64,000 nt of DNA from a virus (taxonomy: Duplodnaviria; Heunggongvirae; Uroviricota; Caudoviricetes). How positions within the stretch are numbered: position 1 is the stretch's first letter; every line of letters begins with the position of its first letter. Of this stretch, positions 38,712-48,725 are shown in pieces. The translations under genes and the position numbers were made by a program. A model generated the notes under the pieces. That model was given only the letters and a program-made list of their open reading frames with translations. It made no database searches and was not told the origin of the DNA. The stretch lies in the IMG/VR virus record IMGVR_UViG_3300049571_000258, positions 6,186 to 70,185 of that record; one strand, 5' to 3'.

Positions 38712-40058
38712 ATGGAAGACCAGCCCGGGGCGTCGGCGGCCAGGCCGACTCCCGACCACCCGTATCCGAACGCCGTCGCCGCGTTCCCCACGCTCCGGCA
38801 GTCGCTGCTGAGCAACTTCGACAACTGCGCCCTGATGACGCGGTTCGAGATGAAGTACCGCGACGGCTGGGACTCCCACCCTCAGGGCCGCGGCAAGCTG
38901 ACACACGCGACGATCGCCGCCTGCCTGCACGAGATGTCGATCGGCGGCGAGCGCAGCATCCCGGCGACGGCCGCCCTGGGGATCCTGCACGAGACGCTGC
39001 GCCAGACCGGCGTGGACGACTACTGCCACACGCCCGGCTGCGAACTCCCGGCGACGTGGCTGGACCCGAAGGACCGTCCGGAGGATGGCAAGCCGCTCGT
39101 GTGCCCGAAGGGGCACCGCCACTGGTCCGAGGTTGTGAACATCCCGATGCGCGAGATCAAGGACTTGTACTGGATCATCGCGAAGTGGGCGTCCGACAAC
39201 GAGTGGGACGTCGCGAACCTCGTCTCGATCGAGGAGCGCATCAACGCCACGCTGCGCTACCCCGACCCGCGCGGCGGCCTCGTGGAGCGCATCTTCACCG
39301 GCCAGCTGGACGCCCTGTTCCTGGACCCCAATGACGAGACGCACGCGATCGTCCTCGACCACAAGGACACATGGGCGCTGCCGCCGCAGACCGAGATCTC
39401 CTTCGAGGGCTACTTCCAGCAGCGGTCCTACGCGTTCCTCGTGATGCGCCAGTACCCGCAGATCCAGAAGGTGACGCTGCGCGAGTTCTACGTCCGGTTC
39501 GGCGAGCCACGCGAGGCCGTCGTAGAGCGCAGGCACCTGGAGGACATCGAGGCCGAGTTGTCGGCGCTGGCCGAGCGCTTCGACCGGGCCTACGAGATGT
39601 CCAACTGGAAGCCGACGCCGGGCAAGCACTGCAACTTCTGCCCCCGCCCGGCCGCGTGCCCGATCCCGCGCTTCGCGCGCGGCGACGGCCGGATCACCGA
39701 CGAGGAGCGCGCGAAGGAGGTCGCGGCTCAGCTACTCGTCGCCGAGGTAGTCGTCAAGCAGTCGCACAAGGCGCTGCGGGCCTACGTCGAGTACAACGGC
39801 CCGGTCCCCGTGAAGAACGCCAAGGGGAACTCCTACTACGGCTTCAAGAAGGTCGAGCGCACACGCAAGCCGACGCCGGAGGAGGCCGACCGCGCACAGC
39901 GCAACGGGATCCCTGTCGCTTCGCTGTTCAAGACGAGCACAGGGACGAGATTCGAGTTGATAACCGAGCGTCCAGAGCGGGAGAATCCAGAGAGCGACGA
40001 CGCCCTCCTGGCCTCCCTGGAGGCGGCGCTCGCTGAGGCACAGAAGCGCAAGCCATGA
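38712..40058 (+). CDS. RecB-like/Cas4-like PD-(D/E)XK exonuclease
   Basis: 'RQSLLSNFDNC', 'GQLDAL...VLDHKD', 'Q..YA', C-terminal 'PGKHCNFCP...C'. Confidence 0.82.
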   Translation: MEDQPGASAARPTPDHPYPNAVAAFPTLRQSLLSNFDNCALMTRFEMKYRDGWDSHPQGRGKLTHATIAACLHEMSIGGERSIPATAALGILHETLRQTGVDDYCHTPGCELPATWLDPKDRPEDGKPLVCPKGHRHWSEVVNIPMREIKDLYWIIAKWASDNEWDVANLVSIEERINATLRYPDPRGGLVERIFTGQLDALFLDPNDETHAIVLDHKDTWALPPQTEISFEGYFQQRSYAFLVMRQYPQIQKVTLREFYVRFGEPREAVVERRHLEDIEAELSALAERFDRAYEMSNWKPTPGKHCNFCPRPAACPIPRFARGDGRITDEERAKEVAAQLLVAEVVVKQSHKALRAYVEYNGPVPVKNAKGNSYYGFKKVERTRKPTPEEADRAQRNGIPVASLFKTSTGTRFELITERPERENPESDDALLASLEAALAEAQKRKP

Positions 40059-40708
40059 ACGGCATCCCGATCCAGCTATCCCACGAAGACCTGAGCATGG
40101 CTCGGTCGTGGGGTCGGCGTCGGTTCCAGCAGTTCGGCACGTTCTCATCTCGCGACCACGCCCTCACCGTCGCCGCCGAGATCGCCGTGGCGCGCCTGTT
40201 GGGCATGTTGTCGTGGCGCCCGTCTAGCGAGACCTTCGAGGTGCCTGAGCACGGCTTGGCGGCCGTGCGCGTCTCGACGGAGCACAACGGGAGGGTGCGG
40301 GTGTTCGCCGACGACCCCGACAAGGCGATCATCATCCACGTCACGGGCATGCCCCCCGACCTCGTTGTGCGCGGGTGGATGCCCGCCCTCCTGGCGAAGA
40401 ACCCGGCGTGGGCAAAGGGGGATGGCTTCGAGCCGCCCGAGGCGGCGCTGCGCGAGATGGTGAAGCTCGGCATCCCCCTCTTCCTGTCGGAGTCCGACTC
40501 GCGCCACATCATCTGCGCCTACGAGCGCCATCGTGCAAGCGACTGGCGCCTTCCGGCCGACAACCCGTACGCCCTGGAGCCGCGCTGGGTCTGTGGGATC
40601 TGCCACCCCCCACCGTGGCCGGAGGAGTTCGAGGTCACGCGCCTAGGAGCGCCCTCGATCATCGTCCGGTTGGAGCACCGCTCCGACTCCGTCCGACCGA
40701 CGCCGTAG
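40055..40708 (+). CDS. Hypothetical protein (possible restriction-like fold)
   Basis: 217 aa ORF, ATGA-coupled. Confidence 0.55.
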   Translation: MNGIPIQLSHEDLSMARSWGRRRFQQFGTFSSRDHALTVAAEIAVARLLGMLSWRPSSETFEVPEHGLAAVRVSTEHNGRVRVFADDPDKAIIIHVTGMPPDLVVRGWMPALLAKNPAWAKGDGFEPPEAALREMVKLGIPLFLSESDSRHIICAYERHRASDWRLPADNPYALEPRWVCGICHPPPWPEEFEVTRLGAPSIIVRLEHRSDSVRPTP

Positions 40709-40740
40709 CTTCGCACAGTCAACGACCAGAGGTAGGTCAC

Positions 40741-40971
40741 ATGCTGCAAATCGTGATGGTCAACAACATCGACGTCCAGGTGCTCGAAGGACGAATGCCA
40801 GGCCCCAACGGAGCGCCGATCGACGTGAAGATCATCAAGGCGATCGACATGGACTCCGGCCAGCACATCGACATCCCGTTGACGACCGAGACGGCGCGTC
40901 GGATTGGCAACGCGCTCGCGGGTCGCGACATCAAGATCGCCACGGCGCTCCCGCCGAACCTCCAGCGATGA
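40741..40971 (+). CDS. Hypothetical protein
   Basis: GAGGT RBS; 76 aa. Confidence 0.55.
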   Translation: MLQIVMVNNIDVQVLEGRMPGPNGAPIDVKIIKAIDMDSGQHIDIPLTTETARRIGNALAGRDIKIATALPPNLQR

Positions 40972-41465
40972 AGCGCACGGAACTGCGCCGCACGGTCGCG
41001 CTGAAGCGGTCTGGCGACCTTAGCCGCACCACGCCGTTGAAGGAGTCGAGGACCCCGCTGAAGCCGGGGTCGCGTAGGGAGACGAACCTCGTGCTGGCCA
41101 GGGAGTTCTACACGCGGGTGACGAAGGCGCCGAGCGGTCTGCGCCACCCCTGCATCATCTGCGACGCCATCCCGGCGGGGCGCTCGCAGGCGCATCACTG
41201 CATCCCCAAGCAGTGGATCAAGCGCGAGTTGGCCTTCCTGCCGGTCGAGGAGCAGGAGACCTGGGTCTGGGACCACCGCAACGGTGTCTGCATGTGCGCC
41301 GCCGACCACGAGCGCCAGGAAAGCGGGGCGCGCCGTATCCCCCGCGAGTGGCTGCCTCAGGCGGTGTGGGACTTCGCCTACGACCTCGACCAGCTGCTGG
41401 AGACCGAGGCGGCCACGCAGAAGCTCGTCGACATCTATCCACTCGTGGTGCATGAAGACGCGTGA
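40968..41465 (+). CDS. HNH-type nuclease (NinG-like)
   Basis: 'CIICD...AHHCIPK...N..CMC..DH'. Confidence 0.7.
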   Translation: MKRTELRRTVALKRSGDLSRTTPLKESRTPLKPGSRRETNLVLAREFYTRVTKAPSGLRHPCIICDAIPAGRSQAHHCIPKQWIKRELAFLPVEEQETWVWDHRNGVCMCAADHERQESGARRIPREWLPQAVWDFAYDLDQLLETEAATQKLVDIYPLVVHEDA

Positions 41466-42276
41466 GGTGACCCAGTCGCTGCGCGACCACCTCGCGGCCT
41501 CCGGCTTCTTCGCCGCGACGGAGGTCCCCCTCGTCGTCTCCGGGGCCTACTCGGCGCAGCAGCGCGCCGACGTCTACGCGATCAAGCTGCACGAGTTCGC
41601 GCGCAAGGACACCCGGATCTACGAGGTCAAGGTCTCGCGCGCGGACTTCCTGGCCGACCTGGACGCGGGCAAGGCGGAGTCCTACGGCGACCACGCCCGG
41701 CGCGTCTACTACGCCTGCCCGGCGGGCCTCATCAAGAAGGACGAGGTGCCCGCCACCGTCGGCCTCGTGACGCTCAACCGGGATGGCGCGTGGCGCACCG
41801 TGAGGGCCGCCGCGCCGACCGCCGTCACCGAGCCGAACGCCGACCTGCTGCTGCTCATGATGGCGCGCGGCTATCACGACGAGCGCCGCGTGCGCGACCT
41901 GCGCGACCGGATCGTGTGGCAGGAGAACCCGCTGCGCGCCATGGAGGCCAAGCACCTCGGCTACCGGATCGCCTCACGGCTGGCCGGACGCGACAACCCG
42001 CGCCTGAACCGTGCGGAGCGTCTTCTCGCCGCCGTCGAGCAGGCGATGCGTCGCCCCGATGTGGACGGCGCGCCGGAGGGCCGTCGGATCGACCGCGACA
42101 TCCGCGCTCACGAGTGGGACCGCGATCTCGACGAGCACCTGAAGGTCGCCCTGGAGATCGTCAAGGAGGCCCGACGCATGCGCACGGTCGGCGAGTACAT
42201 CGCGCGCGTCACCGGCGGGTGGCTCGGTCCGGACGACAAGCTCATCAAGAAGGTGGACACGGCGGTGAAGTCGTGA
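41452..42276 (+). CDS. MmcB-like PD-(D/E)XK nuclease
   Basis: 'RADVYAI...IYEVKVSRADFLAD..K...YYACPAGLI..DEVP..VGL'. Confidence 0.75.
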   Translation: MKTREVTQSLRDHLAASGFFAATEVPLVVSGAYSAQQRADVYAIKLHEFARKDTRIYEVKVSRADFLADLDAGKAESYGDHARRVYYACPAGLIKKDEVPATVGLVTLNRDGAWRTVRAAAPTAVTEPNADLLLLMMARGYHDERRVRDLRDRIVWQENPLRAMEAKHLGYRIASRLAGRDNPRLNRAERLLAAVEQAMRRPDVDGAPEGRRIDRDIRAHEWDRDLDEHLKVALEIVKEARRMRTVGEYIARVTGGWLGPDDKLIKKVDTAVKS

Positions 42277-42740
42277 CGCCCCAACCCCCACAGGAGGTCA
42301 TCATGGACCCCGATCTGGACCCCGATCCCGCGCTGGCGGGCGACCCGCCGGTCGACGACTGGCAGGCCGAGTTGGAGGCCGCGCGCGCCGAGCACCCGGT
42401 CGACGAGGTCGAGCCGTCCATCGAGGCGCTGGCCGCGCAGGGCGCCCTCGACGACGAGGAGGACGACACCGTCTACATCGAAGGCACCACCGGGCAGCTG
42501 TCGCTGTCGATCGGCGGGCGGGTGCCGGACACGGCCGAGTTCCGCATGCGGTCGGCCGCGGTCCGCGTGGAGGGCGAGTTCAAGAAGGGCGAGACGGTCG
42601 AGTTGCGCGTGATCGCACGCGTGGACGAGATCGACCTCGTCGACATGCACGACGAGTACGGCACGGTCAAGATGACGAAGCGCATCCACAAGGCCAAGCC
42701 GATCTCCGTCGAGCGCCTGAACCCCGACGCCATCGGCTGA
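42273..42740 (+). CDS. Hypothetical protein
   Basis: GTGA-coupled; acidic N-terminus, beta-rich C-terminus. Confidence 0.6.
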   Translation: MTPQPPQEVIMDPDLDPDPALAGDPPVDDWQAELEAARAEHPVDEVEPSIEALAAQGALDDEEDDTVYIEGTTGQLSLSIGGRVPDTAEFRMRSAAVRVEGEFKKGETVELRVIARVDEIDLVDMHDEYGTVKMTKRIHKAKPISVERLNPDAIG

Positions 42741-42927
42741 CGACTCGTCACCAAACGCGCAATTTCGACGCAAAGAGCGGGGACTGTGGCGATTCGGTCT
42801 ATAGCCCCCGCCCTGCGCGACCGATAGAAGTGGTGCCCCATCGCCACCGGCCAAGGGTGGCGGGGCATCGTCCAGGATGCGGCGCGGCCTAGGTAGGGGC
42901 CGCGCCACCGACAAACGAGGTAGGGCC

Positions 42928-43122
42928 ATGGAGTACCCGGAGAGGGGCCAGGGCGAAGCTTGGTCCGACTACGCAGTTCGGCTTCGCGTCGCCGCGGCCG
43001 AAGCGGCGGAGGCCTGCGACCACCAGTGGTCAGACTGGTGGCGCGACCCCTACCACCAGGAGTTGAGGTGGTGCTCGGAGTGCGGTGTCGTCGCCTACCG
43101 GGGGGACGGTGAGGCGGCATGA
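42928..43122 (+). CDS. Small hypothetical protein with Cys/His motif
   Basis: 'CDH...CSECG'; RBS present. Confidence 0.5.
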   Translation: MEYPERGQGEAWSDYAVRLRVAAAEAAEACDHQWSDWWRDPYHQELRWCSECGVVAYRGDGEAA

Positions 43123-44087
43123 GCGTCGAGGCCATCACGTGGGTGTTCGGCGTGGAGATCCGCTCCTGTGGGGCGAAACTCCTCCTCGTGGCGCTCGCGA
43201 ACAACGCGGATAGGTACGGCGTGACGTTCATCGGGCGCAAGGCGCTCGCGGACGCCTGCTCGTGCTCGGAGAAGACGATCACCGAGAACATGCGCCGCCT
43301 GGAGGAGATGGGTCTCATCCGGCGGTTCCAGCGTCGCCGCACGAACGGCTCGCGCACGTCCGACTGGACCGTCATCGCACCAGGCCTCCCCGATCGCGGG
43401 AGTCTCGCGGACTGCCCGATGGAGGAGTTTCCGGAGACTGTCGCCCTGGCCGCTCGGCGGGGTGTAGGTACGTCAGGTGAAGAATCTTCACGTGAAGGTT
43501 ACGGGGGGGGTCAGGTGAAGAATCCGGGGGGACCAGATCCGTTAGAGATCCGTGAGGATCACCCCCATACCCCCTCGGGGGGAACGGCTGGAGGCGACGA
43601 AGGTTTGGTCGCGCGTCCCACCTTGGACGGCGAGGCGACGCAGACGTCGCTAGGGATGCCGGAGGTCGCGGCACACTCTCGCCGCCCTCAAAACGTGAAT
43701 CGGAAGCGCGTCACGAAGGACGAGTGGACGATGGTCGAGGAGATCATGAAGAGATTCAACGACGCGTTCGGCACGAAGATCAACACCGGTCGAGCCGACC
43801 AGTCGAAGATGCTGGTCATGCGGATCCGCGAGCGGCCCGACGTCGGGATCGCGCTGCACGAGAAGATGATCGCGCAGACGAAGGCCAACCCGTGGTGGGG
43901 CGGCGACAAGCCCACGACGGTCGGCGTCATCTACTCGCCGAACACGTTCCCACGCGCCCTGGCGAAGGCCGAGGACGAGGCGATGCCGAAGTCCAACGCG
44001 GAGTTCGGACGCGCGGTCAACGAGCAGGGCCGCGCGCTGCTCGGGCTGACGGACGAGGAGTGGGCGCGCATCGGGGCGACGGGATGA
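43119..44087 (+). CDS. Replication initiator (N-terminal HTH_36-type winged helix)
   Basis: 'AKLLLVALANNAD...LADAC.CS..TI...LEEMGLI.R..R..NG.RTS'; immediately upstream of the helicase. Confidence 0.8.
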   Translation: MSVEAITWVFGVEIRSCGAKLLLVALANNADRYGVTFIGRKALADACSCSEKTITENMRRLEEMGLIRRFQRRRTNGSRTSDWTVIAPGLPDRGSLADCPMEEFPETVALAARRGVGTSGEESSREGYGGGQVKNPGGPDPLEIREDHPHTPSGGTAGGDEGLVARPTLDGEATQTSLGMPEVAAHSRRPQNVNRKRVTKDEWTMVEEIMKRFNDAFGTKINTGRADQSKMLVMRIRERPDVGIALHEKMIAQTKANPWWGGDKPTTVGVIYSPNTFPRALAKAEDEAMPKSNAEFGRAVNEQGRALLGLTDEEWARIGATG

Positions 44088-45385
44088 CCGAGGCCCCGCT
44101 AGCCGACATCGACGCCGAGCGCGGCATCATCGCCGCGTCGATCGTCGCCAACCCGGTCGCCGACCGCCTGATGGACATGGGCGTGCGCGAGCACCACTTC
44201 TACACCGAGTCGCTGGGGCGGCTGTGGACGGGCGTGCAGGCGCTGCGGGAGCGCTCGCTGGCGATCGACACGGTGACGCTGACCAACGAGGTGATGCGCC
44301 TCGGCGGGGTCGGCAACATGTCGATGGAGCAGCTGCGCGCCCGCGTCGATCAGGTGTGCGGGTTCGCGCCGCAGCCCGACGCTGTGAAGGGCTACGCGCA
44401 GCGGGTGATCGAGCTTGCGGAGTGGCGCTCGCGCCGGGAGGCCGCACAGCGCGTGCTGGAGGCGACGTCGGCGATGGACTCGGCGGCGTTCGGCTCGGCC
44501 CTGGGGAGCCTGGAGACAGCGGGCGCGGAGCGTCGCCAGGACTCGCTGTCGTCGGAGCAGTGGGCCGACGTCCTGTTCGACTACCTCACGGCGCCACCGG
44601 AGCAGGGCTTCGTCCCGTTGCCCTTCTCGGTCCTGACGAACGCGATGGGCGGCGGGATCATGCGCGGCGAGGTGATGACGATCGCCGGGTACACGTCGCA
44701 TGGCAAGTCGATCTTCGCCGACCAGATCCTCGACTATGCGGCCAAGAAGGGGATCCGCTGCCACCTCTACATGACGGAGATGACGGCGGCGATCCGTGGC
44801 CTGCGCCTGCTGTCGCGCCAGACGGGGATCCCGTTCATGACGCTGCGCTCGCGCAAAATGGACCCGGCGCAGATGACGAAGATCAAGAACGTGCTGAGCA
44901 ACCTGCCCTACGGCGTGTCGATCGTCGCCGGGTGGGACATCGAGGACGTCGTGCGCGACGCGCTGCGCGCCCGTCACGACCTCGTCGTCATCGACCTGAT
45001 CCATGGCTTCCACTACGAGGACGAGCGCGGGCTGGACCGGCTGAGCAAGGCTTCGCAGCGCCTGGCGCGCGTGAGCACGACGCGACAGGGTCACGACGGC
45101 TGTGCGGTGATCCAGGTGGCGCACCTGTCGAACCTCCAGATGAAGGACTCCAAGTCGGCGAAGCGCCCGAAGCCGGGCATGCACTCCATCAAGGGCGCGA
45201 CGTCGTTGGCGCAGGACTCGGACTTCGTGTGCTTCGTGTGGCAGCAGGACAACGAGGAGGGCTTCCCGACGGGGGAGGGCCAGATCTTCATCCCGAAGGC
45301 GCGCTCGGGCGGGCAGGCCAACGTGGACGTCAGGCTCAACGGCCGCTTCTTCCGCTTCGACCCGCTCGACGATCGCTACGAGTGA
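44084..45385 (+). CDS. dnaB: DnaB-like replicative helicase
   Basis: Walker A GYTSHGKS; 'EM' motif; Walker B 'LVVID'; 'IKGA.SLAQDSD.V'; 'KARSG'. Confidence 0.9.
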   Translation: MTEAPLADIDAERGIIAASIVANPVADRLMDMGVREHHFYTESLGRLWTGVQALRERSLAIDTVTLTNEVMRLGGVGNMSMEQLRARVDQVCGFAPQPDAVKGYAQRVIELAEWRSRREAAQRVLEATSAMDSAAFGSALGSLETAGAERRQDSLSSEQWADVLFDYLTAPPEQGFVPLPFSVLTNAMGGGIMRGEVMTIAGYTSHGKSIFADQILDYAAKKGIRCHLYMTEMTAAIRGLRLLSRQTGIPFMTLRSRKMDPAQMTKIKNVLSNLPYGVSIVAGWDIEDVVRDALRARHDLVVIDLIHGFHYEDERGLDRLSKASQRLARVSTTRQGHDGCAVIQVAHLSNLQMKDSKSAKRPKPGMHSIKGATSLAQDSDFVCFVWQQDNEEGFPTGEGQIFIPKARSGGQANVDVRLNGRFFRFDPLDDRYE

Positions 45386-45415
45386 TGTCCGGCGCGTCGC
45401 CCACACTTCCGGGGG

Positions 45416-45988
45416 ATGGATCCGATCGAGATCATCGTGGCGGGGACGCCGCAGCCGGGCGGGTCGAAGAACGCGTTCGCTCGGCGCAACCCGAAGTGGA
45501 AGCCGGGGATGCCGAAGTACCTGCGCTACCTGCACGACGGCGAGGGTCGTCCGATCCTGACGGTGGTGGACGACAACCCGAAGACGGCTGGGTGGAAGAA
45601 GGCGGTCAAGGCCGCGGCGCTGGCGCAGACGGAGGGCATGGAGTTGCCGCTGGAGGGCGCGCTGATCGTGAACATGACCTTCTACGTCGGGCGGCCGAAG
45701 GGGCACTTCGGGACGGGCCGCAACGCGCGCCTGCTGAAGGACTCCGCGCCGCTACGCCCGCCGGTGCGGCCGGATGCACTGAAGCTCGCACGCCCGGTCG
45801 AGGACGCGCTGACGGGCGTCCTGTGGGGCGACGACGCACAGACCACGGACCTCGTCATCCGCAAGCGCTACGCGCCGGGCTACGTCCTCCAGGGCGAGGG
45901 GGGCGAGTATGTCGCAATCCGGGTGATGCCCCACGAGCACAACACCGTGGGCGAGCAAAGGATGTCCGCACAGACCTCGATGACGTAG
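45416..45988 (+). CDS. rusA: RusA-family Holliday junction resolvase
   Basis: 'G.PQPGGSK', 'RPDALKLARPVEDALTGVLWGDDAQ'. Confidence 0.9.
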   Translation: MDPIEIIVAGTPQPGGSKNAFARRNPKWKPGMPKYLRYLHDGEGRPILTVVDDNPKTAGWKKAVKAAALAQTEGMELPLEGALIVNMTFYVGRPKGHFGTGRNARLLKDSAPLRPPVRPDALKLARPVEDALTGVLWGDDAQTTDLVIRKRYAPGYVLQGEGGEYVAIRVMPHEHNTVGEQRMSAQTSMT

Positions 45989-46029
45989 TAGGATTCCCGA
46001 CTCCGCCTAGCACGCACAAGCCCCCACCA

Positions 46030-46082
46030 GAGAGGGGCCGGACGCGATCGGAGTGCATCTGTCGCGTCCGGCCGCCCCTCTC
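46030..46082 (+). terminator. Long GC hairpin after the replication cluster
   Basis: gagaggggccggacgcga ... tcgcgtccggccgcccctctc. Confidence 0.55.
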
Positions 46083-46159
46083 TCCGACTTGACAGGCCTG
46101 AGATAATGTGTGTAGCACCTGACCAGGGGTGTAACAACCACAACAACAGAGAGGTAGTC

Positions 46160-46393
46160 ATGCGGATCACGCTGTTCCGCCGTCACCCGCAGGGGTTCTT
46201 CCAGGCCAACCTGACGGTCAACGGCCAGACCGTCAGGGTCGACGACCGGTCCGGCTCGTGGGGCACCGTGCCCGACGAGGACGGGCGCTGGCGGGAGATC
46301 CTGCCGACGTACGCGCGCGCGCTCGCCGAGAAGCGACGGCTCGCGGAGAAGCACGAGAAGGACGCGGCCAAGCGCGAGGGGGCGGCGGCATGA
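46160..46393 (+). CDS. Hypothetical protein
   Basis: GAGAGGT RBS; 77 aa. Confidence 0.65.
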   Translation: MRITLFRRHPQGFFQANLTVNGQTVRVDDRSGSWGTVPDEDGRWREILPTYARALAEKRRLAEKHEKDAAKREGAAA

Positions 46394-46842
46394 AGCGCTA
46401 CATCACCGTCGTCGAGGTCGACGGCACGACCTCGACACTGGACGTGCTCGACACGATCAAGCGCATGCGCCGCCTGCCCGAGCTTCGCGAGTACCGCAGG
46501 GGCCACCGGCCGCTCGTCGATGTCGTCGGCGCGCAGGGCTACGCCTCTGGTCGCGCGTGGCCGGGGCGCCGGATCTTCATGCGCATCGACGACAACCTCG
46601 CGCGCGAGCGCGTGGAGGAGTTGATCTTGCATGAGGTCGTCCACTACCTGCTGCCGCCGGGTGTTCACCACGGCAAGACGTTCCGCTCGACGCTGCTGCG
46701 CGCGGCGCGCGAGTGGTGGCCGGGCCTGGTCGACGACGTCCGCAACGAGGGCCGGACCTACGCCATGGACGAGGTCATCTGGCAGACGGCGCGCATGCGC
46801 AAGGTCGTCCCGTCGACCGACGTTCAGGAGGTGGCGGCATGA
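46390..46842 (+). CDS. SprT-like zinc metalloprotease
   Basis: 'ILHEVVHY...HHGKTF' (HExxH...HG..F). Confidence 0.65.
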   Translation: MKRYITVVEVDGTTSTLDVLDTIKRMRRLPELREYRRGHRPLVDVVGAQGYASGRAWPGRRIFMRIDDNLARERVEELILHEVVHYLLPPGVHHGKTFRSTLLRAAREWWPGLVDDVRNEGRTYAMDEVIWQTARMRKVVPSTDVQEVAA

Positions 46843-47102
46843 GGCGCTGCTCGATGAGCGCGCTGGTCGACGGGCCGTGGCGCTGCGGCTCCTGCTCCTG
46901 CCCGAAGGACGACGACTGCAAGGCGACGGTGTACAACCGCCTGGAGGCCGAGAAGCTGGCCTCGATGATGATGGCGCACAGGGCCTTCATGGCGTCGTGG
47001 GAGGCGGCGTGGCTGCGCGCCTACGGCCAGCGACTGCCGTCGGAGCCGACCCCCAGGGACGCGCGCCGCGCAGTCGAAGTCGACCTCCGTCGCCGCCCGT
47101 GA
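46839..47102 (+). CDS. Hypothetical Cys-rich protein
   Basis: ATGA-coupled; 'CGSCSCP...C'. Confidence 0.5.
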   Translation: MRRCSMSALVDGPWRCGSCSCPKDDDCKATVYNRLEAEKLASMMMAHRAFMASWEAAWLRAYGQRLPSEPTPRDARRAVEVDLRRRP

Positions 47103-47464
47103 GCGCGCTCTACTTCTGCCCGCACTGCTCGTCGAAGTGGAAGGAGCGCCACGAGCACTGCCCCTTGTGTGGGCACCGCTGGCCACATCCACCCGAGCGA
47201 CGTCGCCGTCGCAGGTCGAACATGAACTCCAGGCAGAAGGCGGCGAAGATCGCGCAGCTGCGCGCGCGGGATGGCGACGTCTGTCATCTGTGCCGCGGGC
47301 ACCTGGACTTCCGCGCGGCGGAGGACGACCCGTGGATGCCGACACTCGACCACGTCGTGCCGGTGTCACAGGGTGGGACGAACGCGTTGTCGAACCTGCG
47401 CCTGGCGCATCGCTGCTGCAACTCCGAGCGGGGCAACACGTCGCTAGGGAAGCTCACGGCGTGA
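47099..47464 (+). CDS. HNH endonuclease with N-terminal zinc ribbon
   Basis: 'CPHC...CPLC' then 'RDGDVCHLC...TLDHVVPVSQGGTN..SNLRLAHRCCN..RGN'. Confidence 0.85.
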   Translation: MSALYFCPHCSSKWKERHEHCPLCGHRWPHPPERRRRRRSNMNSRQKAAKIAQLRARDGDVCHLCRGHLDFRAAEDDPWMPTLDHVVPVSQGGTNALSNLRLAHRCCNSERGNTSLGKLTA

Positions 47465-47465
47465 G

Positions 47466-47495
47466 TTGACACGAGCACACGTTGTTAGCTATACT
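47466..47495 (+). promoter_or_regulatory. Promoter TTGACA-18-TATACT with an operator in the spacer
   Basis: TTGACA cgagcacacgttgttagc TATACT. Confidence 0.85.
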
Positions 47496-47550
47496 TCCTG
47501 TTGTCAAAGGGGTCGACCAGCCCCACAACAACAGAGAGAGGTAGTACACC

Positions 47551-48600
47551 ATGTCTCAAGAGACCTCCCAGTGGCTCAACCAGAACACGCTCGTCGGCTT
47601 CACCGACAAGCGTGGGACGGCCTGGCACTATCGCGCCAGCGACCAGGGCGCGGAGCCGAACCACTACCCGCTCGCGATCCCCGTCGCGGACGTCGAGCGC
47701 CGCCTGTTCAGCTGGCACTTCGCCGAGGGCGACCTGTCCTCGACGGTCCTCCTGCCCGACGGCGTCGCGACGATCAAGGACGCGAGCCGCAAGACGATCG
47801 TGCGCCCGCCGAAGGCGTTCGGTCCCGAAGACGAGGGTGCCATCCTCGGCGTCTTCAAGCAGGGCTACCAGATCCACCAGTACGACGAGTGGCTGCTGGA
47901 GCAGGTCGCGTTCCTCCTGGACGCCGACCTGGCGATCTCCTCGGCCGGTCTGCTGCGCGACGGCGCGGTGGCCTGGGTCGAGATCTCGGTGCCCGACACC
48001 ATCGTCCTGCCCTCGGGCGTGGCCTTCCGGCCGAACCTGCTGGCGGCGACGTCGGTCGACGGCTCGCTGTCGACCACCTACAAGCGCACGGTGACCAACA
48101 CCGTCTGTGACAACACGATGGCCGCGGCGCTGCGCGAGGGCAGCGCGACGATCAAGGTCAAGCACTCGCGCTACTCGACGCTGAAGTTGGCCGACGCCCG
48201 CGAGGCGCTGGAGATCGTCCACTCGACCGCCGACGACTTCGCCGCCGAGGTCGACAAGCTGACCAACACGCCGGTCAGCGACGGCCAGTTCGCGGAGTTC
48301 GTCAACCGGGTCGCTCCCCTGCCGGAGAAGGACCCGGAGGGCAAGGGCAAGCGCGGTATGACGCTGGCGGTGAACAAGCGCGCGGCGCTGGACAACCTGT
48401 GGAACTTCGACCAGCGGGTCGCCCCCTGGAAGAACACCGCGTGGGGCGTCGTGCAGGCGATGAACACCGGCGAGCACCACGTGTTCAACGTCCGGGGCAT
48501 GGAGCGCGCGGAGCGCAACATGCTGAAGGCGGTCACCGGCGGCTTCGACAAGCTGGACGCCGAGACCCGCAACGTCCTGGCGGAGGTGCTGGCCGCCTAG
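47551..48600 (+). CDS. DUF932-family phage/plasmid protein
   Basis: 'AWHY...GVF..GY..HQY..W...SSAGLL.DG..AW...LLA.TS.DGS...RTVTNTVCDNT...KHS'. Confidence 0.85.
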   Translation: MSQETSQWLNQNTLVGFTDKRGTAWHYRASDQGAEPNHYPLAIPVADVERRLFSWHFAEGDLSSTVLLPDGVATIKDASRKTIVRPPKAFGPEDEGAILGVFKQGYQIHQYDEWLLEQVAFLLDADLAISSAGLLRDGAVAWVEISVPDTIVLPSGVAFRPNLLAATSVDGSLSTTYKRTVTNTVCDNTMAAALREGSATIKVKHSRYSTLKLADAREALEIVHSTADDFAAEVDKLTNTPVSDGQFAEFVNRVAPLPEKDPEGKGKRGMTLAVNKRAALDNLWNFDQRVAPWKNTAWGVVQAMNTGEHHVFNVRGMERAERNMLKAVTGGFDKLDAETRNVLAEVLAA

Positions 48601-48637
48601 TATCATCCAACAGCGCCAAGAGCGCGTGACTGTCCAG

Positions 48638-48661
48638 GAGGCCCGGGGGAACCCGGGCCTC
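48638..48661 (+). terminator. Terminator hairpin
   Basis: gaggcccggg-ggaa-cccgggcctc. Confidence 0.7.
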
Positions 48662-48725
48662 CGTCGTTTCCGCCGGGGATCGCGCTAGGGTCGCCACGAC
48701 AACAACTCGTGGAGGCCAGACCACC

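Noticed and set aside
38712-40058. Cas4-like nuclease as evidence of a CRISPR system
   Set aside because: Sits next to Bet as the recombination exonuclease; no array or other cas genes.
42834-42906. Two hairpins upstream of the replication genes as a structured ncRNA
   Set aside because: Compatible with an ordinary terminator or attenuator; no recognisable conserved motif.
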